A stretch of DNA of 64,000 nt from Lama guanicoe (Eukaryota), in NCBI GenBank assembly GCA_013239625.1, contig MU053810.1:6482122-6546121 (forward strand). Direction: 5' to 3'. Positions 1 through 14,590 of the stretch are shown here, piece by piece (the stretch's first letter is position 1; each line of letters begins with the position of its first letter). A model generated the notes under the pieces. The model saw only the letters and a program-made list of their open reading frames with translations, did not search any database and was not told where the DNA came from. Made by a program: the position numbers and the translations under genes.

Positions 1-361
1 AAAAAGTATTTCAAATGTTACATTCCTTTTTAAATCCCAAATTTAACATATCTTATTCCACAGAAGAGCAGAAAACACAAGAAAATATAAGCCAATACTA
101 GTCACCTATCGAAGTTTACATTCTCTGTTCCGATGAAGTTGTTTAAAAAATGCTGCCAGTAATTTTACCTACACCAGACTGCAATTCATCATGTGACATT
201 CACTTTTCATGCAAATACCACCTTATCTCCAAATCACAAGTACGAAATTTAAATAATTAAACCAGCGAGTTCCTTACTCACCTTAACAACCACCGCATCA
301 TCTAACTGCCCAACTCTTCAGATGATCTTTGGACTTTTGGAGTCAAGATATGATTTGATTA

Positions 362-547
<186 letters not shown>

Positions 548-1129
548 TTAGATAAGTTAGAGCTTTGAAATTATCATTCACAGTCCTAAAAACTACTCTA
601 ACACAATGGAATGATGCTCTCCATCAATGCTCAGCCCAAGAAACATATCTCAAAAAATGTTAAAACTGCAACAGGATGAATTAATGTCTGTGAAAGTGCA
701 CATATCCCTGAGTGATTATGCTGTAGTGATACCAACTTGCACAGAATTCCACTTCCCTAGCCTCCCAGCAAGTCTTACTGCAGAGTGATAATTGAACTCA
801 GTCTCCGCTGCAAAGACTCCTTTACAAGTCAGTAGCTAAAGATAAACAACAATGAAGTCATTATAGTTTTTATGCTTATCTAAAATTAAAACAAATTTTT
901 CAGTGTCCCTTCACTAATGCTTTTAAAGGTTTCTCAATTGATCTATTTTTTTCTACGTGATAAAACTGCTAACCCATTTGCGAAGGCTTATGTGCTGGGG
1001 ATGTTGGAATTCCACGTCAGCACAGTGAATGTTTCGTGACGTCCTACAGTAGATGGACAAGTGCGCTATCACACGTCTTGATAGGATCAACCAGGTGACA
1101 GCATCAGAGAGGAGCATTTGAACAAACAC

Positions 1130-1420
1130 TGGATGTTTAGTCTGCTGTCTTCAAATATTTGGAAGAGGAATTAGACTAGTTTTCAGTGGTCACAAGGGAC
1201 AAAAAACCTAGGATCACTGGTAGAATTAAGAGAGAACAGATTTCTGGGCAGTGTAAGGGGGAACTTGTTGACAGTCAATCTTATCAAAGATGGAACAGGA
1301 TGCACTGAGAAGCATGATTATCTTTATTAGGGGTTTACTGATTGGATGGTCAATCAGCACACATGTTCTAGAAGGATTCATGCTCTGGATACCCTTCCAA
1401 CCCTGAGGTTCTGAGGATCG
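1130..1420 (+). mobile_element. Ancient CR1/L3 LINE 3' end
   Basis: gctgtcttcaaatattt...agatttc...ending cccttccaaccctgaggttctgaggat, the typical L3 tail. Confidence 0.65.
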
Positions 1421-2332
1421 ATGATTATGAGAACACTGGTCACAGCTGGGCTGTCATGTGGGGACAGAAAACAGGAAAAAAATAAGAAGGAACCCATGTC
1501 TGAGCTGAGCCGTGCCATTTCTCGTCTGTATTGTTCATCTTCCTGGGATGGGAATTTGGCAATTTATTCTATTGGGCTTATCTGAAAAGATCCTACCCAG
1601 GGATGCTAACATATGCTAAGGAATGAGGATGACACTCTAAAGTTTCCATTTCGTCTAAGAGAGTGTGTCGATTTCTGCCACCTGCAGCACGTGTAGCTAC
1701 GCACTGAGTTCAGTCACACATGGGATTATTTCACTCAAGTAAAACCTCATCAAATAGCTGATGGGTACCAGCCACCCTGTGAGACACTGAAGTCATAAGG
1801 ACAAGTAATGCACATTTGGTGCCTTGGAGTTACTTACAGGCTCTTTTGGGAGAAAGTCCTCCAAACGGGAAGCTGAATCAAAGAGGTGATGCTGCCAGAG
1901 CAGGTGGAGCAAAGTGCAGCGAGAGTACTCGTGGCAGGGCCCTCCCTGCCTGCAGGAAACCTGGATGTGTTTCTAGGAGGTGAAATGGTGTGGGATATGT
2001 CAATGTACCAAGCCCTGATGAGGGTCCGCGTGGAAGGATCTGCAGACGTGGGCATGACTGAATGATGGGGAGCCCTTGGAAGTTACCAAAAATTCTCCTA
2101 AGAGATCTGTGACTATCCTATAGAGCACAGTACCTACTCAGAAATAACTAGTTAAGTGAAAACTAAAAAAAAAAAAAAAAAAAAATTATAAATCCTTCTG
2201 GCACCTTCATAACCCTTAAATAAGCCTCTGTCTTTATAGAAACAAGTAGCTATTGTTGGTGGGAAAACCAGCCGTAGCAGCAGGGGCACGTGCGATGGGT
2301 CTCTCTGCTTTCTTTGCTCTTTTTACATTTTC

Positions 2333-2548
2333 TTTTTTTTAAACTTTATTCATGTATTTATTTTACAGTATCATTTTTTTAAGTTGAAGTATAGCTGATG
2401 TACAATATCATATGTTACAGGTATACAATATCATGGTTTACAATTTTTAAAGGTTATTCTCCAATTGTAGTTATTATAAAATATTGGCTCTATCCCTCAT
2501 GTTGTAGAATACATCCTTGTAGCTTATTTGATACCTGACAGTTTGTTT
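2333..2548 (-). mobile_element. 5'-truncated L1 3'UTR fragment
   Basis: T-rich start, ttgaagtatagctgatgtacaat motif; flanked by near-identical ctttttacattttct / ctttttcacattttct TSD. Confidence 0.8.
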
Positions 2549-3228
2549 CTTTTTCACATTTTCTGAGTGAAGTGTGACACATCAAAAGTTAACGACCTCT
2601 CTCTTCCACTTACAACCCAGAGTCATCCCTCACCTTAGTCTTCCAAGGTGAAGTCCTAATAAAGATTACGAGAAAAGTTCATGGACAGATTTAGAAAGGG
2701 CTGACTCATAGCTTCCAGCCAACTGTCTGGAGGCCAGTGCACTTGTACTAAGTAGCTGTCATATTAAAAATGAATTTCAAATGTATAAGCATTTTATCTA
2801 TGTGATTATCTGACTCACCACTTGCAATGAAAATTCCCTGACTGTGATGAGAATTAGCGATGCAGATAAATGAAGGGCCAAATAACTGAATAAGATGATG
2901 GTCAGAAGGTGGGAGGTGTTGAGGGCGTGGCTACAAAAGGCAGCTGCACAGAGAACGTGTCCATGGACGATGCAACGTCCGCAGAAGCACTGTCATCAAT
3001 AAGCAGATGAACAGGACCCCAAGGTCATTATTGGAACAACAATGAGTTCACCGAACATTCAGAAGACACTACAAATGCTTGTTTTGAAGAAAATAATGGA
3101 AACTCCTGGAGCTATTTAAAAGATAAGGAGGAGATTCAGAAGAGTGGAGGAATTGTTATAAAAGGCACATTTCAAAATTATAGCAGGATGGGATCTTTGG
3201 TTCTTTTAAAAGACTCTATTGTTACTCA

Positions 3229-3402
<174 letters not shown>

Positions 3403-5890
3403 TCAAGCATTACCATCATTCCAATTCAAAGAAGGATCATGAGTTATTAATCATTCTGTATGTGGAATGACAGGTTCCTTGTTTCTCTGAAAGCACTTAA
3501 TACATGACCCATTTTTTTCTAACTGTTCATTTTTTTTTTTCTTTGAAAGAATCTTCTTGCTTTGAACTGAGAGCCCTAGAGGAAAACATAAATACTTAGC
3601 CAATAGAAACAATGATTACTGGGGAAAAGATTTTTTACTTTCGGTCCTGCAGAAGACTCTGCGGAACCTCCAGGGTACCCAGAGGTGGCCTGAAAGGAGA
3701 ATTGTTCAGAACATGGAGACAACTGCAGCAGAGAGGGACCTTTCTTGCAGAATGACTTTAAGACCTGTTTTGTTGTTACTGGGTGGCCGGAAACAAGGTT
3801 ACAAAAGCGAGGAACTGGAAAATATGATGAGCAATAAAGCTCTGAATGCCACTTAGAACATTTTGTTATTAATTCCTTTCATCTTAAGCTGAGCAAACCT
3901 TTTCCTTTTTGGTATGTTCATGAATACAAAGGAACATCATTTGAAAATGAGGCTAATCTAACTGTAATCAAGCACCACTGATCAGCCGTGAGAGTTGAGA
4001 TTGCTGAAGTACTGCTTTATGTTAATTCGAACGGCTCTCTGTTTTCATTAGTGGAATGGAAGCACTTTGTCTTCAGCTCTGCATTACTCCTCAAACGGCT
4101 TCTAATGAAATTAATGTGCAGTCTGTACTGGCTCATTAAAGGGAAGTGCAGCGACTCATCTACCCGAGATCACGCCTACAGCTCATTTCATGACCCTCAG
4201 GACTATCTGAAGATTGCTGATTTGCACGTTAAAAGAAGCAGTTCTTTTCTCTGACAATCATGCCTTGTTTCCTGTTCTCCTGATAATTTTCTTTCTAAGA
4301 GATCTATTGGCTTGCTTTGAGTATAACAAGGTTTTGATCTAGAACAATTCAAAACTTGGGTAGCTTTTCAGATGCCCTTTTCCCCTAATTATTTCTACAG
4401 TCGGTATTCTTAGAATTCCATCTTAGAGACATACTGACAGTAGAAGTAATGAGAAATAACTAAGATGGAGCAGTTTTCAGAAGTTCCTTGCTCGTTGATA
4501 CAAAATATATCAACAGTAGCGTCCCTCCTCCACATGGCATCATCATCAAGGGCAGTAACACTAGGCTAACTACAGTCATTTGACCATTAAAATGGATCAG
4601 AAAGAATGGTCCTTCATCGTTCATACTGAATGACAGTAGGAGTTAGGACACACAGATTTTTTTTTGTTTGTTTTCCTCAAATTTAATGAAATGTCTTAGA
4701 CTTGGTATAGAGCAGGTTTCCTGTTTGTTTGCTTTTTTTAATAATCTTGTTTCCCTCTTTACCAAATAAACAATATATTTCACAAACAGTAAGACCAGAG
4801 AGATACATTGAAATTGTTATGTAAAGGATGGTATATAGATTATCTAAGGTATTACAATTCAGAATATGTAAATAGGGCAGGAAACTCCCAGGTAAGGTTA
4901 AAAACAAATTCAAATGCTTTGGTCTTATACCAATTTAAGTACATGCCAAATATTCCAAATGGATCTATTTGGAAATGGATAAATCATATTGGCATTATTA
5001 CTTTAGGACTGGAAACACCCCCACCAGGGCTTTGTACATATGATTCAATGTTCTGTGGCCATTAGGACCACAAAATTTATTTAATGGAGCGTGTGGTAAC
5101 AAACTGTAACATACTTTACCTCTCTGCCCTGGACCCCTGTCACCACAGGCCCTTTCTGTGTATCTCATTAAAGTTAAGGAGCCAGGCAAAATCCCTAAAA
5201 AAGTCCTCAAAAGACAACAGATTTATAATAAAAATAGGTAGACTTTTCACATCAGTTTTCTGAAATATCTAGGAACTAACCAAAACATATATAAAAGAGT
5301 GATTAATTAGCGATCAGATAAGCTGGGGAAAGTGTGTCAATAAACACATTGAAGGGGAGGGGTCTACAGAGGAAAGTGCCTTCCTGGCTCCAAAGAGCTT
5401 AGTGTTTTACATTAATATATTCAAAACAGCAACATGTTTAAAATCCTTACTATTTGATCAGTAAATTTTATTCATAATTTTCTTAATGCTATTATTTTAA
5501 AATTCTAAACAAAGGGAAGTGTAAGCAAATAGCAAAAATTACTAGATTGATGGAGTGAAACACAGCACATCACTGTGGCATTGACTGTGGATCAGGGAGC
5601 CTCAATGACGAGTGAGGAAGTGGACCAAGAGTGGGAGGAACTGCTGTTTTCTGAGATTAAATCCTTGCCGAAGGGAAAAAGACACATTATATCCAGAGAA
5701 AGCTCTTTTACTTAGACTAGAGAAATGAAACTGTGGGACAATAAGAGTGTCTTGGAAGAAGCAGAATGATATTCCAGACCACCCTGCTCCCAGTCTGGTG
5801 AAGTACAGCTGGGTATTTCCGTGAGGAGCCTGACGAGCCGTCAGTGGCTGGAGGGCTGCAGGTGCCAGACGCACGTGAGAGCCCTCTGAC

Positions 5891-6036
5891 CTTGGGATCT
5901 TGAAGAGCGCTCTCATGGGATGCAGGTCGGCTAGTGGAGGGTCTCCATCCCCGAGCTCGATGGCTGTGATCCCCAGGGACCACGTGTCACATCTGGCATC
6001 ATAAGTGGTATCCAATTGCTGTTCACACGCAATCAC
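5891..6036 (-). CDS. MYO3A: MYO3A coding exon 6 (human exon 8 equivalent), kinase subdomains IX-X
   Basis: ctattag|GTGATTGCG...ATCCCAAG|gtcaga; 146 nt; [48 protein letters not shown](R). Confidence 0.97.
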
Positions 6037-6569
6037 CTAATAGAAAACAGAAAAAAAAAAGTGACATTTGTGACTTTAACAAGCACAAAGCAAAAAGCTC
6101 AGGACAGTGTGGAAGTTCAAGCTGATGAGGTTAATAGCTACGATCAAAGGCAGTAACATGGGGGAGTAAAAGCTCACATCACAACTGGTAGTAGCAACTT
6201 TATTCTGAGAACAGAGAATATCTTAGCAGGTTTGCATATATAAGGGAAGAAGCCTATGGGAAAAAATATTTTTGAAAATGCAAAACAGAAAGGGGAATGA
6301 AACAGCGTCACCAGTGGATGGGAAGGGATGGGATCAAACACACAGCTAAAGCTTGTGCAATGACAGGAGCTCAGTAAACATTTGATGAGTGGACGAGTCA
6401 TTCATCATGGCAAAGATAAAGAATGTATCTTTAATGAATTCAAAGTGAAGAAGGAGGTAAAGAAAATTAAGCTCTAGAGCAGTCTAGTTAAATGGCCTTG
6501 ATCTTTTCTGATAACTGGAAGGCAAGAATGGGACAAGTCTGGAGAAATGTAAAAAGGCTTACACCATTA

Positions 6570-7390
6570 ATAAGAGAAAAATAAACTGGATAAAAATAAA
6601 CATTGATTTGCACAGTTAAGTACCATCAACAAAATGAAACCTACGGAATGGGAGAAAATACTTGCAAATAATGCAACCAACAGGGACTTAATTTCCAAAG
6701 TACACAAACAGCTCATACACCTTAATATCAAAAAAACAAGCAACCCAATCAAAACATGGACAGAAGGCCTCAATAGACATTTCTCCAAAGAAGATATTCA
6801 GATGGCCAACAAGTACATGAAAAGATGCTTAGCATCACTAATTGTCAGAGAAATGCAAATCAATACAATGGGTTATCACCTCACACCAGCCAGAATGATC
6901 ATCATCAAAAAGTCCACAAAAGATGAATGCTGGAGAGGGTGTAGAGAAAAAGGAACCCTCCTACACTGTTGGTGGGAATGTGTGCAGCCACTATGAAGGA
7001 CAGGGTGCAAATTCCTTAAAAAACTAAAAATAGACTTACCACATGATCCAGCAATCCCGCTCCTGGGCATATACCCGGAGAAAAATATAATTCAAAAAGA
7101 CACATGCAATCCAATGTTCATAGCAGCACTATTTACAATAGCCAAGACATGGGAAAAAACTCAAATGCCATCAACAGATGACTGAGTAAAGAAGGTGTAG
7201 TGAATATATGTATATGTGTGCATATATATTTATAATGGAACATCACTCAGCCATAAAAAAGAATAAAATAATGCCATCTGCAGCAACATGGATGGCTCTG
7301 GAGATCGTCATTCTAAGTGAAGTGAGCCAGAAATGCCATATGATACCATTTACATGTGGAATCTAGGAAAAAAGGATACAAATGAACTAC
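6570..7390 (+). mobile_element. L1 ORF2 C-terminus and 3'UTR fragment
   Basis: ORF 6634-6996 (EWEKILAN...[19 protein letters not shown]...[18 protein letters not shown]) is L1 ORF2 C-terminal sequence. Confidence 0.93.
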
Positions 7391-9429
7391 TTATTATTTA
7401 TAACTTAGATGACTGATTTCTTGAATATATGTAAGCATATCTGACTGTCCCTTATTATTGGATTACCGCATTTTGTTGATTCTTATTTTGTGGTTGGCTT
7501 TATTCCTTTGATAACTATGTAAGTTTAATAAGCTAAAGTTCTAAACTGTTCTTAGAAACAATGAACAGTACATATCTGTAAAGTTTGAAACGGTTTTATC
7601 TCTCAGTGAGTTGCTCTTCCTAGGATAAACTTTGTTTACCTTCCCCAAATCAATCAATCAGTCAATCAACAAACACTGATAAGGCTTTATCAGCAGCTTC
7701 TCTGGGAGTACACTAAAGAGTCAAGCTACAACCAGGTTTTTAAAAATTCCACTAATTAAAGGACATCACTCAGAAATGAGGAAAAAAAGGGGAGCTTTTT
7801 TTGGGCAGTATTGTGACATAATATAACACAGAAGAATGATTACATAGCTACCTCACCATTTATTTCTAAATATATACTATAAATACGATGGACTGCAAAT
7901 AATAATTGTGACATCAGTGAGTGATAACAAAAAGAAAATTCAACTTTAAAATTTTAGAACTGTTTTTTACATTAAAAAAAATTTTACATTTTGTGAATGA
8001 CAGCCAGCTCACAAGACAAATAAAAGTGATTTGGGGACAATGACAGGTTAGAGTTTTTCATTTAACTATAGTGCGATGAAATGATACACAAAGTGAAGGA
8101 AATTTAAGGTCCTGTCTGGAACAATATTTCTTCTTTCTGACTCCACTTAATATCAGGCTTAACACATTAAAAACATTATTGTGTTGGCACAGTGTGGTCT
8201 AGTCAGTGACATCTACACATGTGCCATCTGGGAAGGGGGACACCTTCCCAGGTAGATCTTTATTCATACCTGACACTCACAGCAATGACAAAAAACAGTT
8301 TAAATACAAACATATGAGTGTGATTAAAAATAAAAGGGAGGCAATGATAAATACAACATGTGGGACAAGATCACTCCAGGGAGGGAGGGGTCAGAAGACG
8401 GGGCAGAGGAAAAACAGAGAAGCAAATATGTGCTAGAGGTGACATCCTGGTCCTGGGCTGCGTGGTGAGTTCATGGGCAAATAAACAAGAAGGCCGTGAC
8501 CCAAACCAATTCTAAGCACCTGAAGGCCAGTAATAAATACATAAATAAATAAATGTGTGTGTGCGGGACTGTGTGCACGTGTGCGCGTGCATGTGTGTGG
8601 AAAGAGAGAAATAGGATATATTTTCCCAATTTAGAGCCCGTTTGATGAGGATGGGGCCATCACCTTACACAGCCCTTCTCAACTTTTCCCACCAAAGCAT
8701 TTTTATTAACACAGGAGAGTGAACTGCTGAAATCAGAGAGCATAGCCTGAACTACTGGAAGCAAGAGTCCCAAGTTTTCTACTAACAATTCATGTGACAC
8801 GTGGTCCACTAGCTCGGACACATCCCAGCTACTTGCAGTGAGAGCCAGTGGTGCCTGTGGTGTAGCTGGTGCACATGGTGACCTGTTTACAGCATCCTGT
8901 TGATTAAACCTCCAAGCCTATGACTCGGCGACTCTACACCATGAAGCTGTCTTGAAATTTGTGCGCTGACCCCCAATTTGATCAAATTACGTATAAAATT
9001 CTTTTTAGAAGAAATGGTTTATTAGCAAGGAAGAAAACTATTATAGGACAGTTGTAAGACTAGCCTTAGGTGTTAAGATTTTATTTTTTATACTTGGGAC
9101 AGCTCAACTGTCAGTGGGTATTTAGACTCCTGGACATCAGAATGGAGTGTTGGTTGTCAGGTTGTTTTAACAGTAATTCATCTTCAGAGTTTTTACTTCA
9201 ACATCTAGATAAGGGTTCATTTTCTTACTCCAAACCAGTTAAATATTCTGGGTGAAACATGTCACTGATTTGCCTATGACCTTTTGGAAAAGTTGTTGTT
9301 TTGTTAAAATACCATACCTATTAACCTGAATTTGCACTGACTGTGTTTTAGTGTATTTAAAAATGATGAACTCAGTTTCTGAAATTAAACTTTTTATTTG
9401 CAATTTTCTAAAAAAAGAAGAAAAAAACA

Positions 9430-9905
9430 ACTCATTGGACAAATATTCATAAAAGTCTTATTCATAATAACCTAAAAGTGAAAACAACCCAAATGTCCGT
9501 CAACTGGCAATGGATAAACAAAATGTGGTCTCTACATACAGTGGAATATTATTCAGCCATCAAAAGGAGTGATATAGGGTACAACATGGATGGACACTAA
9601 GATAAAGAAGCCAGACACAAAGGGTACATACCAGATGATTCTATTTATATGAAATGTTCAGATCAAACAGACAGAAAGCAAGTTAGTGGCTATCTAGCAT
9701 AGGAGAGTTTGGGAGGAGATGGGGAGTGACTGTTAGTGAGAATGGGGTTTCTTCCAGGGGGAATAAAAATGTTCTGAAATTAGACTGTGATGATGGTTGC
9801 ACAACTCTGCAAATATGCACTAAAAAATCATTAAACTGTACATGTTAAATGAGTGAATTATATGCTATGTGAATTATATGTCAAAAAAGCTGTTAAAAAT
9901 AAAAA
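9430..9905 (+). mobile_element. Old L1M 3' end
   Basis: aaacaacccaaatgtcc...tggataaacaaaatgtggt...gatggttgcacaactctg...aaagctgttaaaaa. Confidence 0.85.
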
Positions 9906-11905
9906 TATATTCACATGAATTTTCTATTCTATTGTGTAATACATTTTTGTCTGCTTTAGTATAAAAATAATATTTTTCACCCCACCAGTTTATTTTTTCT
10001 TAGTGAAAATGACTGCTTCAGGATAATCCATTGTTTTATGGCTTCACACATGTGGTCTGGGAAAATTTCCTCACAGGCTTGGGTGAATTTATGCCCCAAT
10101 TTGCCCACAACATTCTTGGTTTATACTTGCTTCCCTAGAGTCATGATAAACACCACCTCCTTTCACTCTTCAAAGTGTCCCGGCTTGTACAGTAAGTTAT
10201 AGGGTCACCTACCACAGCCACTGTCTCTCCGTGCCCTGTCCCCCATACTCAAGTTTGGGAAGGATGGCTTTATGTAACCAACAAATGTTACCTTTGATCT
10301 AGAATTAAATTGAAAAAAATGTCAAATCAAGAATTTCACTTTTCGATTTTTCAAGATAATTGATTTGAGCAAGCTTGCCTTTGAGACCTTAAAAACACTG
10401 AAATAATTCTATGCATTACTTATGAAAACTATATTAAATTAGTTTACCTACTGTTTTCTAATTATTAGAAATGTGATGTTAATAACATAGAGCTGGTATA
10501 TATGCGATGTCTTCATTAACTAGATAGCTGGTTATTCAAAATACATTCTTCAGTAATTCTAGATAAGTGGAGATTTACTGAAACATTGCCAATCATTTAC
10601 AAGCTGGAAAATGCTTATTACAGAGAAAGGAATATTATATTCAGAAAATCTTGAACATATATTCACATGACAGTTTGAAAAGACTGCAGTGAACCTTTCT
10701 CTTTGATATAATATCTGTTGGTTTGCTGAGCAGGTAAGCACTTTCAAACCCTGTTTGTGCTACCATAGGCTTACTAGTAATAAATAATGACTTATCAGTA
10801 AGATGACTATCTAGCAATTGCATATTAAGGAGTATCAATTTTAATTATTTGCTCATTTATTACTCTGGTTGTTAAATTCTAGATAGATCAAAGTATTTCT
10901 TTTTACTCATAGATTATAGTGGTTCCAAGAGCTACTAATCAAAATTGCTGTCACTAAATGGCAAACTTAAAATATAATAATGGCTTTGTTATATAAATTA
11001 ACATATGAAAATATAAAGGCAGACTTAATTATTTAATATTAATTATACAGTTTTATATATATTATGGTATTTATTGTAGTAATTATTAATATATAGGAAT
11101 AAGATACAAACCTTGGAATTATAGCTAAATTTTATTAATTTCTCATTAAAAATTTTTTCATAAGCTTTTAAATACTAGTAACATATCAGAACAAACTGAA
11201 GAAACTCTCATTTGATATTCTTATTCAATTTTGTTTTTGCTTATATGACTATACTTTCTACTTTTATTTTAAGATTTTCTCCCTATTAAAAAGTTTTTGA
11301 AGCCATTGGAAGTTTCAGGTTTCTTAAGGTAACTTATCATTTCTCCATATTTTACTTTAAACCTTTTACATTTTAACCTTTTTTGCAAGTAGTAATTGAA
11401 TTAGTACTAAAATAGAAACAGTACACCAGGACTTCATCCTCAAACAAATTTAGTTCTAAGATTTTGCAATATTAATGTAGTATTATTTGAATTACGTCTC
11501 CTCCCTTCACTCCCTAGAAAGCTGTAGGTAAATAGCAGAGTTTTCCCCAAAGGTTGCAGAGAGTTTTCAAACATCAGTGTTCTTTACCGAGAAACGTAAT
11601 CGAAAGGATTAAAGGCATTAACAGTGACTGTGGAGAGAAGATGTGACTCTAGAAAACATTTTTCTTCAACTGTTATAGCAGTTTCTCTACGACTTCCCCA
11701 AGGTAACGGTGAAAAGAATCCACCGAGGTGCATGTGGCCCTGAGCAGAGTGACTCAGTATGGGAACCTACTACACACAGGTTCATAGGCCTGAATCTGAT
11801 CTTCTATATTTCTATCCAAGTTAAAAGTAGAATCTAAATATCATTAACAGAGATACAAGCTAAGAAATAAAAAGTACATTTAATGAAAAATTAAGGCTGC
11901 ATGTG

Positions 11906-12381
11906 TAGCTGATCCTTGAACAATATGGAGGTAGGGGTGCCAACCCTCCCACAGTCAAAAATCCACACCCTGCTACCTCTGCTCAAAAACAAAGGCTCTG
12001 ACAAACGACTCCCCCTAGGGCGGGAGGCTGAAACAGTCTGGTCAGACTCAGGACTCAAACCCTAGTTCTTTTTTTTTTAATTAATTTATTTTTTTCGTGG
12101 GGGATGTAATCAGTTTATTGATTGATTGATTTTTAATGGCAGTACTTGGGATTGAACCCTGGACGTCATGCATGCTAGGCACACACTCTACCACTGAGCT
12201 ATACCCTCCCCCAAACCTAGTTCTTTTGATTCCACGTATTGTGAGCCCTGATCAAACACAAACTTTTCCCTACACTTAGTTAACTGAAAGATCTCTAAAA
12301 TGAAAATATAGGTACTATATTTATTGGGAAAAAAAGGGTACATATAGGCAGACCGGTGTCTAAACCTGTGTTGTTCAACTG
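11906..12381 (+). mobile_element. Tigger2-like (TcMar) DNA transposon ends with non-matching interior
   Basis: 5' tagctgatccttgaacaa...ggggtgccaaccctcccacagtcaaaaatcc and 3' aaacctgtgttgttcaactg+ta match Tigger2-type terminal repeats. Confidence 0.65.
12072..12212 (-). mobile_element. tRNA-derived camelid SINE (vic-1-like)
   Basis: Reverse complement GGGGGAGGGTATAGCTCAGTGGTAGAG (A box)...GGGTTCAATCCC (B box), A-rich tail; TSD aaac(c)ctagttcttt. Confidence 0.9.
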
Positions 12382-12616
12382 TAGTTTCTCTTTACACTGC
12401 CTGACTCATTCATTCAGTCCTTCATTTATTTACATATTCATTCACAGCTCACTTATCTCCCATGTCCCTCCTCACACATGCAAAAATCTCACATAAAAAC
12501 AACACAACTGACATTTTCTTCTGCTATATTCCAAAACACACATGGAGATAGAGTGCGCATGAAAAGAAAAATCGAAAGGGTCAAATACTATGTTTGTCTC
12601 CTTCAAAACTCTATCT

Positions 12617-12779
12617 CAATATCTTATAATAACCTTGAATGAAAAAGAATATGAAAACAAATATATGTGTGTATGTATACACACACACACACACACATAC
12701 ATAAGTGAGACATTATGCTATACATCAGAAATTGATACATTTTAACTGACTGTACTCCAGTTTAAAAAACAAAAAACAA
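12617..12779 (+). mobile_element. Short 5'-truncated L1 3' end with perfect 12-bp TSD
   Basis: AAAACTCTATCT at 12605-12616 and 12780-12791; L1 3'UTR motifs (gaaaaagaatat...tatgctatacatcagaaattga) and A tail. Confidence 0.88.
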
Positions 12780-12788
12780 AAAACTCTA

Positions 12789-12911
<123 letters not shown>

Positions 12912-13476
12912 TCATGTAAGGAGATTCCAACCACAATAGATCTGCTTACAAGCTAATACTAAAATTCGGTTCCCTTACAGCTGCCACTGGACTTGAACTT
13001 CACCTTAAAGTCAGGATGCCTGCAAAGCCAACATACACAATGGTCCTCCTGTTTTCTATTTCTCATATCCAAATCACTCCATCCTTAAAGTCCCATTACA
13101 AGTTTTAGTTCCCCCATCTGACTTAATCTGCTCCTGATCACCCTAACTGCTGTATCTTTTGACCTTCTAGATTTTAAACTATTTGTCTGTCTTGCATGTC
13201 TTGGCATGTAGTTGTGATTTGAGTGGTATGGCTACCTGCACCCCATCTTCCCTCTGCCCACTACTAAATTCTGGTGAATTTGAGTGTTTTATATGGTGGG
13301 ATACAAACAGCAGGTGACTTGTGAATAAAATTATTTTTCATCTATCAACTTGGGACAAATCACAGCTGACTGGAAGTTTCTAATTAACCACATCTCCTTA
13401 AACCAACACCATCAATAGAATCAGCTCTTTTTCTTTAGAGAGATTATACACAGAAGGATTACAATGAAGAGGTAAG

Positions 13477-14005
13477 GCCAAGACATGGAAACAGCCTAAA
13501 TGTCCATCAACAGATGACTGGATAAAGAAGATGTGGTATATTTATACAATGGAATACTACTCAGCCATAAAAACTGACAACATAACGCCATTTGCAGCAA
13601 CATGGATGCTCCTGGAGAATGTCATTCTAAGTGAAGTAAGACAGAAAGAGAAAGAAAAATACCATATGAGATCACTCATATGTGGAATCTAAGAAAAAAA
13701 CAAACAAACAAAGCATAAATACAAAACAGAAATAGACTCATAGACATAGAATACAAACTTGTGGTTGCCAAGGGTGCGGGAGGTGGGAAGGGATAGACTG
13801 GGATTTCAAAATTGTAGAATAGATAAACAAGATTATACTGTATAGCACAGGGAAATATATACAAGATCTTATGGTAGCTCACAGAGAAAAAAATGTGACA
13901 ATAAATATATGTATGTTCATGTATAACTGAAAAATTGTGCTCTACACTGGAATTTGACACAACATTGTAAAATGATTATAAATCAATAAAAAATATTTTA
14001 AAAAA
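13477..14005 (+). mobile_element. Relatively young L1 3' end
   Basis: gccaagacatggaaacagcctaaatgtccatcaacagatgactggataaagaagatgtgg...aatcaataaaaaa. Confidence 0.92.
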
Positions 14006-14293
14006 GTTCAAATGTCATTTAAGTGAAATGTAAAGAGGATGGAAAAAACCGTTAACTCACTAAAATTTCTAAAGTTTTGTGCCTGGCAAGAAAGTGACAT
14101 TTTAGACTAATCATATGAAACTTTTTCCCTCTTTCTGGAGACAAAGAGAAGATTATATCACTAGAACTGGCATTTTTCAGTAAGCAGTCACGCACTGGCA
14201 TCTGAATTTATAGATATAAATGACAGGAAAAGACCATCCTTCCACACTCCATAGGAAATATATAGGGAAGGATGCTGAGAAAAGTTTTTAGGG

Positions 14294-14590
14294 TGTGGCA
14301 TGTGATTCAAACAGAACATTCAGACTTTTTCTTGGAAACGTGATTCTTGAGTGGAGACACTCAGGGAGGAGGAGACTGGAGCAAGTCACCCAATGTAAGG
14401 GCTCTAAGATTCGTGCAGGTGATGCTGCTCCAGAGGTTCACGAATGCCAGAGCTCTTTTCTTAGGAGGCTGGATTGTCCTGTTTCTCCCGTGACTTTGTA
14501 GGTCACCCAGTGTCATTTCCAGTATCATCACCTAAATTGGTGGGAAATAAATTTCTTTGCATACAGCCAAGGAACCATGACAAATACCAG
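14294..14590 (+). mobile_element. Old MaLR (MLT1-type) LTR fragment
   Basis: TG start, 3' end ttgcatacagccaaggaaccatgacaaatac resembles the MLT1 terminus. Confidence 0.45.

Noticed and set aside
1834..2055. 73-aa minus-strand ORF ending at a GTAAGT motif
   Set aside because: No matching acceptor, poor exonic donor context (CCT), and the sequence looks like an old LTR fragment
6634..6996. 120-aa ORF as a host gene
   Set aside because: L1 ORF2 C-terminal fragment
12140..12212. tRNA-like sequences (also near 31540, 46160, 61840) as tRNA genes
   Set aside because: A-rich tails, TSDs and divergence mark them as SINEs
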